DNA from: Trichosphaerium sp. ATCC 40318
Lineage: Eukaryota > Protista > Tubulinea
Direction: 5' to 3'
NCBI GenBank assembly: GCA_038496445.1
Contig: JALMLS010000208.1
Coordinates: 62,001-126,000, forward strand
Length of the DNA stretch: 64,000 nt
Both the position numbers and the translations under genes were made by a program. The notes beneath the pieces are model-generated. The model was given only the letters and a program-made list of their open reading frames with translations, did no database searches and was not told where the DNA came from. Positions within the stretch are counted from its first letter, which is position 1, and each line of letters begins with the position of its first letter. Below, piece after piece: positions 12,162-24,894 of the stretch.

Positions 12162-14664
12162 ATGTTAAAGTGGATTATATGCTTTATAGTTATCTTAGAA
12201 TTATGTTCGGCTATGCGAACGCAAAGTTTTCCGCGACATAAACCGCCAGAGTGGAAAACACGCTCAAATATTCGCCCTGATGTACGCTCTTACATTGTTT
12301 TTACTAAACGGCCTCTTTTAGTTTTTTCGACTCAAACAATAGGCCCACGTCACTAGATTTCGACGCGTTGAGGCGTCTTCTTTCCTAAAAGCGAAACTGT
12401 TTCGCTGTTTTTTATTTTCGGAAAAGTCACGTGGGTTTTCTATTTTTCCCCTTCATGCTTTTCTTTTTCATATTTTCGCCCATTGTGACGTGTATCAATG
12501 TTCGTTTTAGTTTTCTACTATTAGAAACGTACAGGCTGATCCTTATGTCGTCAATGTATACGATTTTGGAGCGAAAGGTGATGGTAAAACAGATGATACA
12601 GGTACGCTTTCTAATAAAATAAATAAAAAACTTTATTTCTAACCTTTTCTCGAAGCTGCTTTTGCCAAGGCTTTGGCAAGCGTTTCAGGTTCTGGAGGAA
12701 TAGTTTTTGCTCCTTCAGGAACGTTCAGATTCAACGGGCACCTAGTTATCCCCTCAGGCACGTGACTTTTTTGACAAATGACATCCAACATTCTTCTTAT
12801 TTTTGTTAGATGTAACACTTGAAGGGACTTTTAGATGGTACGCCTTTCTTGAAAACTTAAAGGAACATTCTGCTCCTATTTTGCCCTTAACCCTTTCCAT
12901 AAAGCGTTCCATCTCATGACCTTCGAAGAGACCCAGCACCATCTAAGGGCACAATATTAATGCCTTATGAAGGTTTGATCTTTTGTATATAGTCTGAAAA
13001 CATGTGTTTATTTACTAACTGCAAGGACGTGGAAACCTGAATGGTACACCATTTATAACTATTTCAGAAGACGCAACTGTAAGAGGTGTTGTTATATACT
13101 ATCCAGAGGTTTCTGTACGTCAACATCTTCAGAAAATACGAGTTATTAAATCCGAACAAACGTTTCGCACTTGAACTGTTCTAAGTTTAATTTCAGAAAA
13201 CTGAAGCACCTGCCGCTTACCCTTGGACTCTTGATATGGTTGGAGCTAATGGCGCTATAATAGATGTTGAATGCCTTAATTGCTATAACGCAATACGTGC
13301 TGTAGGCGCCGCAAGGCACTACATCGCCAGGTGAGCAGTTTCAATCTCTTTTATGTTCTAACAATACTATACAGAGTACAAGGACAGCCGCTTAATACAG
13401 GTGTATACATTGATGAAACTTATGATATTGGACGAGTAGAAGACGTTCATTTTAATCCATGGTATGTGAATCTTCAAAACACGTAGCTGGTTCCTTTGAA
13501 ATAACAAATCTTTGTTGGTACATTGCGGAGGCTAAAGAGTGTTTGTTTAGGTTCAGCGATAACAAAGTATTTTTAAAAGTAAGCTCCTTTGTTATTACAC
13601 TGAGAATGTTAATTGTACGTAGCATCAACTTCTCTATGGACGTGCTTTTGTGATAGCTAGAAGGTGACTTTTTTACTGGAACAACTTTCTTCTCACCTCT
13701 ACAATAAAGCGACTGGGAGTATTTCTTTAATACGTTTGCTTTTGCATATGCTGTCGGATACGATTTTGTAAAAAGCACAAGTGGGTCATGTAATGGGTAT
13801 GAACAACTTCAACAAAATTGAAAAAAACTGCTAATTATTTACCCCAACAGCAACTTTTTGGGTATAGGCGCTGACATGATGGCAAATGTATGAACACTTG
13901 CCACGGTGTAAATTTATATAGTCATAGGTATCTGTAAGAGTCTCAGCAGCTGACCCTTGGGGTATTTTGATCACAAACGGAGAATTCACATCATTTGTTA
14001 GCTCGAATTTTGGAACAGGTACAACTTTTTTTTGTTGTTTCACGAAGTGGCTATTTCTTGACTCGTTTTTTCTAACTTTGTGTTTAAGCTTATGGACCGA
14101 GCTACCAGTTTTATTCTACTTCATCCAATATTGGAGCTGTGAGGTTTCAGAACAGTACGTACCTTTTTAGAAGTAATAAAATTTTCCTATTTTTTTCTTA
14201 TTTTTTTCTCCTTTTATAGCTGCTTTCTGGGGTCCTTCAACAAGTGTTGCTGTAGTACAAAATGGTCAAATTGCATTTGATAATTGTATATTCAATTCAT
14301 GGAAGGATTCAAATTACGCTATTGTATCATACGGTGGTTCTTTGCAAGTGGCCAACAGTGACTTTCAAAAAAACGACAAACAAATATATGTTGACTCAAA
14401 AGTCAACAGAGCCATCATCAATGGTAACATGGTTAATGTACGTAACAATTTTATTAACCCGACTAAACGAAAGCATAAACATTTTACAAAAATGACAACA
14501 CTACAGCCGAGCAAACTCAATTTGTTTTGCTTTCATCTGCGCTTTTTTTTCTTTCGTTAACTACCCATAAAACAACTTAATGACAACGTTACATATAGGG
14601 CAAGATCCAATTTGATGTAGCAAATGCGCGCCATGTTGTATCCTCAAACCTAGGCACTGAGTAA
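12162..14664 (+). CDS. Secreted pectate-lyase-3-like (right-handed beta-helix) carbohydrate-active protein
   Basis: Signal peptide; VVNVYDFGAKGDGKTDDT..AF..AL....GGIVFAPSG; later RVQGQPLNTGVYIDETYDIGRVEDVHFNPW and DWEYFFNTFAFAY. Many introns, including GC-AG at 12758-12809. Frame of the last exon is uncertain. Confidence 0.85.
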
Positions 14665-14935
14665 AGAAAGAACTGTTCAATGTTTCTTGAATAAATGCAA
14701 CTTCACCTCACTTTTCGAGCCATTCAGCCCTAAGAAGCATCGTAATATTCTTCAAGAAGGCGTCCATTGTCTACGAGTTTTCACACCAAAGTAACCTAAC
14801 ATATTAAAGTGGGTAAGATGCCATAGCGCTTTTTACCAAGTATAATACTACAAGCCAGTAAATCTCGGTTTTTTGAACCTCCAAAAAAGTCCAATTGAGT
14901 CAAAATCACGTGGCGTACGAACAAACAAAAAAACC

Positions 14936-15650
14936 ATGTCATTTTGGAGTTATTTTCCATTTAGACTTGATAAAACAAGAGAGGTATCCGAAGAACAAAT
15001 AAATCGTCTGAAAACGCCACCAGAGACTCTCATATTTTATCCTATTTAAATAGAAAGTAGCGTATAAAGGCGTCAACAGTATCTCATCAGTTTAACGACA
15101 TCATTCGACATAATAGTGGCTTTATATGGATAACACTCACAAAACCAATCGATTTCCGAGCCATAAAAGGAAGGCCGTTGATAAAAAACACAAAGATACA
15201 CTATTCTTCAGTCAGAAACTTATCAAAGTATGATATTACATGTCTCTCTGGTGTTCACACTTTAGATCTATCGCTCTCAGGGATTACAGACGATACTATC
15301 ATTACTTTAGTGAGAAAAGTAAAGCACAACACAATCCATATAATAAATGTGAAACATATACACAAATAACTGATGTTTCTCTGTTGGCTCTCGGTAGTAT
15401 TGGTTTACAGACACTTGATTTTTGTTGTGATATTAACACGTTTACCTCAAAAGGAAAAGAAGCGATAAAAGGCGTAAAGGACACGAGAAGAAAGTTTCTC
15501 AGTAATACTGGAATCAAATATTTACAAAACGTGAAACGTCTAGAGCTCAATCTCAAAAAATTCTTTCTAATAAAGGTGTTAAGCATTCACGTTTGTTGTG
15601 TAACAGAAATGGATATGATGCTATTTTGGAGCTACAATCACGTTTATTGA
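14936..15650 (+). pseudogene. Degenerate LRR gene of the F-box-LRR family
   Basis: Frameshifted remnants LSGVHTLDLSLSGITD, ITDVSLLAL and GIKYLQNVKRLEL resemble the repeats of the genes at 46790 and 57787. Confidence 0.65.
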
Positions 15651-15822
15651 AGGCAATTGCGTTCGTCGTTACAAGGAAATCTTACAATAAAATTGTATTG
15701 TAAGTAAGGCGATTCACTAATAAAGTCTATTGTTGCTTTTTCTATAGTTTTATCTGCGACAAAAGTAACATAAGAGCTTCTCCAATCATGTCCATTTGGA
15801 TATAAAATCTAAACAAAAAAGA

Positions 15823-16656
15823 TTAGGTATTACAACTAGAGGTCGTGGTAACCATTGGCAAAGAAAATGGAACAGAATTTTTTCTCTCAGCAAGGGGAGA
15901 AGGATTGTTTGATTCTCCAGAAATTGTAGCGGAGAAACGCCCTGAACGACTTTGATGGCTGTCACCATTTAAAAAGTATGATGCATTCCCACGACATAAA
16001 GTATTACATACAGAAAGCGGTGGGAAGCTTCACAAGAACAGGTTTAAAAAAAAAAGATGGCGCTTGGGAACACGTGGTGCAAAAAGAAATCCCGAATACG
16101 CACAGTGAATGAGAGCTGATTCCTTGGGAAATATTGGGTGTTCAATGACCATATAGGGTTTGCCATTTCTCCAGCATTATAGAACTGATCGGCCTTTTGA
16201 CAAATAGCAACTGGAGCGTCGGGTTTGTTGGGTCCAGGGCATTTTATCGGTTTACAAGGTGACCATAAGTAAGTGTATCCTCTTGCATCATCTGTTACTT
16301 CAACTGGATAGTCGAAAAGGCGACTAAAAAGACAAAGTTAAACAAAAAGAAACTGTGTCCCACAACAGAAAAGTAAATCCACACGTGGGGACGTTAGTTA
16401 GAGTTAAAGTGTTAGTTCTACTAAAGATGCTGTTTGGCGTGGAGTAAACTGTAAAAAAAGGTTTAAAATGAAGCCCAAACCGCTCACTGGAGTTACCAGG
16501 CAATATTTATGGGTTTGTTTATTCGTACGAAATGTCAACGGAGCTACCGTTTCCTTGAGCTTTACAAGCATTTTCAGTCGTTCGAAGTTGGTATGCATTA
16601 GAATGCGCAAAACATCCTAAAAGAACGAGAAGAGCTATCACACTAAGAGAGTTCAT
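15823..16656 (-). CDS. Secreted protein with a mannose-6-phosphate-receptor-homology (MRH/ATG27-like) domain; 3' end uncertain
   Basis: Signal peptide MNSLSVIALLVLLGCF; spliced CKAQGNGSSVDIS|RLFDYP...GYTYLWSPCKPIKC...AICQK...G, with a downstream YFLNGD. Confidence 0.55.
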
Positions 16657-16868
16657 TTTTGAGTTTTGAAGAGATTTGACCGTTTTCTTTCGCTTGTTGA
16701 ATATTTGGTGCTCAAAACTAAGGTTGTACATGCTTTTATGTCACCATCCACAGTCAGTTGAGAGTGCCTTATTTTGATGCCAAGAACGTGTGAGTCAGAA
16801 GCGAACGAGTTTGACAAACAAACAACTGTGTTTTTCTTCACCTTAGCACCATCTTACGGCATGATACC

Positions 16869-18240
16869 ATGCTCAAAATAATGTCATGGCACTCTGTAGC
16901 GCTCTTAATAATATCATACGCCACACTAGCATACCAAGCGACAAGTCCTTGGGTCATAGACGACTTTGAAGACGATAGCCCTACAATTACATTCCCTGGC
17001 GGTATTAACACTAACTCTATAACTGCTACTGTTGGATCAATTATTGGTGGAGAACGCGAAACAAGCGTTGTTAGAATAGATGGTGGCGGTATGATATTAA
17101 TATGAGAATAATCATAGTTGGAGTAACGGTTTTAGACTCCTTTAATTATTTTTCTAATTGTGTTTTTTGGTATTATTAATTTTCTATTTATAGATTCCAT
17201 CAACCTTGTAACTACAAGCGGTAGGTTAGAGTTATCAACAACGGATATAGCTACAACAGGTGTGGCCACTGTTTTTTGGGATGGACCTGGAGACTCCGTA
17301 TTGAACGTGGATTACTCAAGCATTGCAGGCAAATATTAACAAACACCAAAACAAGGTGTGTTTTAATGTACTTTTTTTAGATGCACTGTTGATACAATCA
17401 TTTAAATTGATGTTAAGACTACGAGATGTAATTATTGAACATATTTGTATTATTACTAGATTGGAGTCTATACTGACAATGTCAACACTTACTCCAACTG
17501 TCAGTATGTTAAATTGGATCGTTTGATTTGTATTGTGACCAAGAGCTCTAGATGATCGTGTGACTGTTCAACTTGTCGTAGAAAATCTGGACTCTTTTCC
17601 TGCAAATGATGAGCTGGGTGCGTTACCAGATACATACCAACTGTCTCATCTGTTTTAGTTGACAGCGTTACTATTGAAGTGCCTTTAAGTCATGCTATGG
17701 TAGACTCAGGATCTCTTACTACATCAGCGGTAATATAGCATATGTACACGTGTACTATCGTTGTGAATAACCAATTCGTCTAGGGCACAATTGTTGTCAA
17801 TGGAAATGATGTTGTTGTACAAAACACAGGAACCTTGCCTAGTAATGGCATGCTTGTAATTGAGTTTGATATTATCGTTATAGCTGCAGGACAATTGTCT
17901 TTACAAGGAAGGTTTCATTGTTGTTTATTTTAGCCACCAAACAGCAACTGGCTATGGGCGTTTAATGGCTATAGCCTGTGAACCGTTAAGGTTTTGTAGC
18001 CAGTACAGAACCATCAACCCAACGCTCACTATTTTGTTAGCACAAGTGCTACTCGAATCTGGTATTACAGCATTTTCTAGCGATGTAGCAAGAAGTGGAA
18101 TAATGAGATGTTGTGATGCTAACCCCACAGTGACCCAAATTCAACCAGTAAGTGCAGTAACCACATACATTTTTGTTTCATTTGTGAAATCCAATTCCCA
18201 CGTGTTTGTATAAACGCACTATGTAATTGCTAGCTCTTAA
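16869..18240 (+). CDS. Secreted beta-rich (adhesin/Ig-like) protein, multi-exon
   Basis: Signal peptide, WVIDDFEDD, Thr/Val/Gly-rich exons joined by GT-AG introns. Exon phases were not fully resolved. Confidence 0.5.
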
Positions 18241-18964
18241 TAAACTGTATAGATTATATCAACGAACTGTCAGAGGTGCGAGAATCAGAGTGATAGGGAT
18301 AAATATTAACTTTATTAGACGTCTTAATAGCGCAACTTAGATACAAATACCGTACAGAATTCATCTTGTAACTTACTTTCTGGAATACCAATAGATATGG
18401 ATGTATTCACATGTAGTAATAGGTTATATTTTGATGCAGTTTTAGATTCCATTGTAGAAGGTTGTACACGACATAAATAATAACCAAATACAATAGTTTT
18501 TGCATCACAAGATTTTACCAGAATTCTTCTAAAACCGTCATGGTAACAAAAGTCATGTGAAAAATAAATCCATGTTGCATTTACGAGTACTACACAATAC
18601 ATTCATTCGTAGTCAGATCTACGTAGTAAAATTTGAGATAACAGGTAAAACGTGGACCTTGTACAGGCGTTAAGACTCTTCAATAAATAACAGCTCATGC
18701 AGGTTTTTGGTCCTAGTGAGCATATTGAGCTATTTTACTTAAATCCAGTTGATACACGGATAGATACCCTTGCCTAGCAAAGTAGTATAGTATAACCAGT
18801 ACAGTTTGGCTTTGTAGCAGTATACTCAACTACTCCATTTGTAACTCCGGGGCAACACTTATTGTGGTTTTGTGTTTTTGAATTTGTAAAACGAAGAATA
18901 TTATTAGAAGTCAACTACGGTCTATTCTAGTTCACAACACAAAATTTACGTTTTGCTTCACGTG

Positions 18965-20523
18965 ATGCCTAAAATGTTGTTTATCGCTATGGCACTTTGT
19001 TTCCTGTTAAACACAAGTGTTCTAGCTCAGAAAGTAGTTAAACACCCAGATACTGTTCTATTTGTTGTACGATCATATCCATCACGTTTTTATGACTATG
19101 TAACTTTGTTTTAGAGTGGCGCTTACGTTGCCTGTGATTTACAATATGACAAAGACATCTTGGCGTTTCTTCAAGAGAACGTAAATGTAACTTGTATTAG
19201 CTCTTCTGTAATAGACAATGATCCTTCCATTGTACAAGACTATGGCGCTGTGGTATGTTAACATTATTTTCAAAGTGGCTTTATTTTAACACTTCTGTTG
19301 CGTGTCGTTTAGGTTATTTCAGAGTCAACGTTTGCGTTATGGCTAGACGAAGTATTCGAGTATGATACACCTATTATATCATACGAACGTGCTGCTTATG
19401 GTTATATGAAAGTGGACACCTCCTTGAGCGCTGGTCGTGAGTAAATTTTGATCCAAAAAAACTGTTTGCTAACTATAAATAAGTGCTACACGAGAATAAC
19501 TCTGAGATTGTAATAGCAGATTCATCCAGCCCACTCGCAGCAGGATACTCCGACCTCACTACTATATTCAATATTTCTAGTGTTCTATCATCTATAAATA
19601 GTACCGGATCACTTGGAAGAGGCGGTAGAGTAATAGCAGAAACAGCGACTGATCCTAGACAGCCTTCATATTTTGTGTTTGATGAGGTACTATCATAAAG
19701 TTTAAACAGATATCTGACTTCTCTACGTTAGGGTGATGAACTCGGAGATGGTAGTCCAGCACCAAGTTGTAGGATTGGGTTTTTTCTTGGAGACACTTCA
19801 GGTTCTTATTTAAATGAAGCTGGTAAAGCAATGCTTCTCGCTTCTGTTAGATACTGCTTAAATTGTGGATCAATTTGTAACGGTCCTCCTCCTTTTGTCG
19901 GAGCTTTTTGTGAACGCGATGATTGGAAACTAGAAGGTAGCGCAACTGTGGAAGGATCATTGACAATGGTTGAAAATATTACAATCAATGGCGATGTGGT
20001 ATTGCGCACAGGAAGTGAGGTGATTCTGGCAACAAGTGTGGTTGTGAGTACCCTAAAAATATTGTTTGGTTTTACTTAACCTGTCACGTGTCATGTTAAT
20101 CTTACTTTTTTTGTGTTAGATATCTGTTACTGGTTGTTTGGATCTTAAAGGAAGAGTAGTAATGAATGAGACTTTTCAAGATGGTAAAGAAGTCGTGTTG
20201 GCTAACTTCAACAATAACAGCTCATGTGTTGATGTTGATGATGTGAAAGTTGTTAACAAAGGTGGAGAGGGATGCGGAGATGTACAAAAAAGAATTAGTT
20301 CTGTTGTTTTTGTGTTTAGTCAATGTCAAAGTCAAGAAACAAATGTGCGTCTTCACTTTTTACTTCAAGTACTGATTGATGATGTTTTGCCTAGAATGGT
20401 ATTGGTGTTGGAGTTATTATTGGCATAGTTATAGCAATCATTGTTGTTATAGCTATCATTGTTGCTGCTATTGCAACTAGACCAAAGCGAAGTAGTTTGG
20501 TTCATGGAAAACCAAAAAAATAA
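18965..20523 (+). CDS. Type I membrane protein, paralog A (bacterial-like N-terminal domain, Cys knuckle, beta-rich stalk, TM, short basic tail)
   Basis: Signal MPKMLFIAMALCFLL; VISES..., SYERAAY, ADSSSPLAAGYS, APSCRIGFFLGD, CNGPPPFVGAFC; TM GIGVGVIIGIVIAIIVVIAIIVAAI; tail RPKRSSLVHGKPKK*. Confidence 0.8.
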
Positions 20524-21124
20524 AAGATAGTCAAAGGCTATTGAACACCTTTTACAAAATTTCTCTTTACTGGGACGTAGTATGTTAAAGTTGAATCTCA
20601 TCCGGTGGGAATCCAATCAGGTGACCCGACAATACAAAACAGCTATTTTGGAAACAGAACTGGAACGTGATTGGCGATAAAATGCACATGCAATGTCAGC
20701 CTCACTAGAGCCGCCAACAATGAATGTATCAATTAGTGTATCCTTACGGACCACCTAACGCTACAGTACGATATAAATCATGCCACAAATTAGGAGTATG
20801 AGTTTACTTAGACCGCTAAAAAAATAGTGATGCGTTCAGTTTGGTTTTCCCCCATATTTGTTTGGTTGTTTAGTGCGCACAGGCACGCTAATATAAGCTC
20901 TATAGCTTTTGCTTCTAGGTAAGTACATCCATTACTCAATACAGTGTAAAACAATTACAAACACTAACTGTTGATGCAAAGAAAGATACCATTCTGTAAC
21001 TCTCCTTTGTATCTAGCACAGAATAAATGTAGAGATTAATGTATTTGATACAATGTGATCGAAAGTACATAATAAACATAAAAGAAACTGAGCTATGATG
21101 TAAGGTACGGGATCAACGATAATT

Positions 21125-22650
21125 TTACTTTGTGGTTTTTCCATGAACCAAACTACTTCGCTTTGGTCTAGTTGCAATAGCAGCAACAATGATAGCTATA
21201 ACAACAATGATTCCTATAACTATACCAATGATAATGCCAACACCAACGCTATTCTAGGCAAAAACATCAGTATCAAAAAAGTGAATACTACGCACATTTG
21301 TTTCTTGACTTTGACATTGACTAAACACAAAAGCAAGAGCAGATTGAGTTCTTCGCGATTCTCCGCATCCCTCTCCACCTTTGTTAACAACTTCCACATC
21401 ATCAATGTCAATACAGGAGCTATTAGTATTGAAGGCAACCAGCTCTACTTCTTTACCATCTTGAAAAGTCTCATTCATTACTACTCTTCCTTTAAGATCC
21501 AAACACCCCGTAACAGATATCTAACACAAAACAAGTCAGATTAGCATGACACGTGACATGTAAAGTAAAACAAAACGATTGTTAAGGTACTCACAGCTAC
21601 ACTAGTTGCCAGAATCATGTCAGTTCCTACGGGCAGTACAAGATCGCCATTGACTGTAATATTTTCAACCATCGTCAATGATCCTTCCACAGTTACATTG
21701 GCTTCCAGTTTCCAAGCGTTACGTTCACAAAAAGCGCCAACAAAAGGAGGAGGACGGTTACAAATTGATCCACAATTTAAACAGTATCTGACAGAAGCAA
21801 GAAGCATTGCTTTACCAGCTTCATTTAAATAAGATCTTGAGGTATCTCCAAGGAAAAAACCAATCCTACAACTTGGTGCCGGACGACCACTTCCAAGTTC
21901 ATCACCCTAACATAAAGTAAACCGTCTTCAAACGCCACTAACTCTCATACCTTATCAAACACAAAATATGAAGGCTTTCTAGGATCACTTGCTGTTTCTG
22001 CTATTACCCTACCGCCTCTTCCAAGTGATCCATGGATATTAATGGATGATAATATACTTGTGCTATTTGTTGACACAACAGTGGTTAGACCAGAATATCC
22101 TGCAGCTAGAGGACTTGACGAGTCTGTTACTATTATCTGAGTTTGATTCTTAATAAGCTCTATTTATTAGTAGTGTTGAATGCATTTAAATACGTACCCC
22201 CACTAGCCCCGGACGAGTCGACTTGCATACGATGGTAAGCAGCACGTTCATATGATACAATAGGTGTATCATACTCGAAAATGGATCTCAAGTGGTATGA
22301 AGTAGCTGAGTCTGAAATTACCTACACATACAAAGTGTTAGAAAAAGCAAAAGAATATTTAACAATAATCATTACCACAGTGCCATAGTCTTGCGTCACG
22401 TCAGGATTATCTAGAACTAAAGAAGAGGCAATGCAAGAAACGTTTACGTTGTTCTCTTCGAGTAAAGCTTTTATGTCTTCATCACACTGGCTATTACAAT
22501 CTCCTGCCTAAAAATGAAGTAAAAAAGGCTTTTTGGGACTAAATACAAGCGTACAATGAACAATACAGTATCAGGGTATTTGACTATTTTCTGAGCTCGA
22601 AAACTCGTTATCAAACATAGTACTAAAGCGGTAAATAATATTTTAGACAT
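21125..22650 (-). CDS. Type I membrane protein, paralog B (inverted duplicate of paralog A)
   Basis: Same exon structure and near-identical 3' sequence (MLLASVRYCLNCGSICN.PPPFVGAFCER, DLKGRVVMNETFQDGKEV). Confidence 0.8.
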
Positions 22651-23551
22651 CACGCGATAAAAGAAATCTTGTGTGAACTGAAATTGAATGTATTTGACTT
22701 CCAACACACGTTAAATTGTATTACAATGAACGTACTAATTGTGTTTCTTATAACCGCTATTGTCAATGCTGTTCTTGGTATGACTAACCGTAACGTATCT
22801 TAAGTTATAACTTCCTTTTCAATGTCAGTTTCAATTCCACTTGGCAAACTGATCGCAGTATTTATACCCGGTACGATCAAACATTAGTCTTATCGCTAAA
22901 AGCGAATAAAGCGGTTCGATGGCCTTCAAAGCTATCGTATTAGTACTGAATCGCGGTACGAATGCCTCAAACACGTTTGTGGTATGTTTGCTTCTAAAAA
23001 AATAAGGTACGTGTATAACTTACTAGCGCTGACGCGAGCGCCTACCCCACTTAACAGAAGCACTCTTGCAGCATTCAAACAGAAAAGCAAGGATAATAAC
23101 ATGAACACCTCCCCAAAACACTATCAACGCTGCTGTAGGCTTTGCGAACCTCCAGGTGTCAATTTGTAAATAATTTCAGTTGGAAATCACGTGGTCTTTG
23201 AACGTTTGGATTCATAAAAAATTACCGTGACAGAGACAGACAATTGATCTTAATTTAAACCACTATTCGTATATTTCTCAGTGGTATTTCTAAGACCTGC
23301 TACATAAGAGCTCGGTGGAGTACTGTAACAGGTTTGTATCGCAAAACAATCAGCAAGAATAAAACGAGAAAAGTTTGAAGTACTAAAATCATGCTCCTTT
23401 ATTTCCAAGTTTGCTGAAGCATACTTAACGATAGCTATAACTTAATGAACCTCTTCTTTATGTCACCCAAGTACCCTAGAGGATGTTAGATATTTATTTA
23501 TTAATCTGTTGTGTTTATATTCTACTTAGCACACTTGCTTTCCTCATTACA

Positions 23552-24393
23552 ATGCCTTACAAGGTACTATCACCTGTAAATGAGAAAAGTACATCCAAAC
23601 CAGAAAAATGCCATCTATTACACCTTCCAGTTGAGATTCAGCTTGATATAATCGATTTGGACCCGTCACTGTACATTCATTGGCCAAGTCTTACGAAACA
23701 CACTGCAGTGACTACAAGATTTGATGCTGACATGAGAAAACATGGAAAATGGCTAAGAAGATACCAAAATGGAGTAATTGTAAGTTGAGTGGGCTTTTTT
23801 TCCTCTTTTATACATGGTTAAGTTAAGACTAGGCTCAACAGTGTTATTTCATTAACAATAAATATCAAGGAGAATATACGAGGTGGTATGATACTGGCCA
23901 ATTAAAACGGCAGTGCAGGTATATCAACGGTAAGCGAGAAGGAGAATACAAGAGGTGGTATGCCAATGGCCAAATGGCTGAGCAGTGTTTCTTCATCAAT
24001 GGTAACTTTGAAGGAGAATACAAGAGGTGGTATGCCAATGGCAACTTGTTAAAGCAGGCTACCCTCATCAATGGTAAGCGAGAAGGAGAATACAAGAGGT
24101 GGTATGGAAGTGGTCAATTAGATGAGCTGTGTATATTCATTAATGATAAGGAAGAAGGAGAATACAATTGCTGGCACAGAAATGGTCGTTTGTCGAGGCA
24201 GCTTACCTACATCAACGGTCACAAAGAAGGAGAATACAGGAGGTGGCATGCAAATGGCCAATTGGCAGAGCAATGCATGTACATCAATGATAAGCGAGAA
24301 GGAGAATGCAGGAAGTGGTTTGATGATGGTCGATTTGCAGGAAGTTCTACATATAAAAATGGCACTAAAACCTGTTATTGCCATGTACTGTGA
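23552..24393 (+). CDS. F-box + MORN-variant (YwqK-like) repeat protein with a C-terminal CaaX motif
   Basis: LLHLPVEIQLDIIDL (F-box); one intron at about 23780-23832; 24-aa (72-bp) repeats INGKREGEYKRWYANGQL; ends CYCHVL*. Confidence 0.8.
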
Positions 24394-24894
24394 TTCATCT
24401 TCAAAAGAGAAAATACACATGTAGCTAAGAACCTGAGGTAAAAAAAAATTCTGACTAGAATACCTTTATCGAAAATCTAGGATCTCTCATTTCAAATTGT
24501 TTTTTCTGGATTTCTGCCACCAACGTTGCCACAATAAAACTACCCGTAGCCACGTGGGGCACCACAGTATCTACAATTTGCCGAATTGCTAAAATTTGTG
24601 AAATTGCCGTTCTAAAAATAAATTGATAGCACTGGCAGTATCTCCTTTTCTCACCTTATTGAAGTAATTGCTGATTCTTCATAGTACTACATAGTTTCGC
24701 GTATACCGTACTGCACAATCAACAGTACAAAAAATATTTCAATAGTGAGATAGCATTGTACAGATTCCATAAAAAGCAGTAAAAGACCTACAACCAACGA
24801 TAAACTTGCTTTCCACCTCAACAATATTCATAAGGTTGTGCAAAGAAACAGTATATTGGAAGGAACAATATGTAACGTTTATTTATCATTCATA

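Noticed and set aside
22726-23460. Secreted-protein gene (signal-peptide exon MNVLIVFLITAIVNAVL)
   Set aside because: Downstream exons contain stops in every plausible phase. At best a pseudogene, and no product can be supported.
23880-24320. CRISPR-like regularly spaced repeats (gaaggagaatacaagaggtggtat)
   Set aside because: The 72-bp period equals the in-frame 24-aa MORN-variant repeat. The context is eukaryotic and there are no cas genes.
24510-24640. Small hAT-like MITE
   Set aside because: Only a 6-bp inverted match and no target-site duplication.
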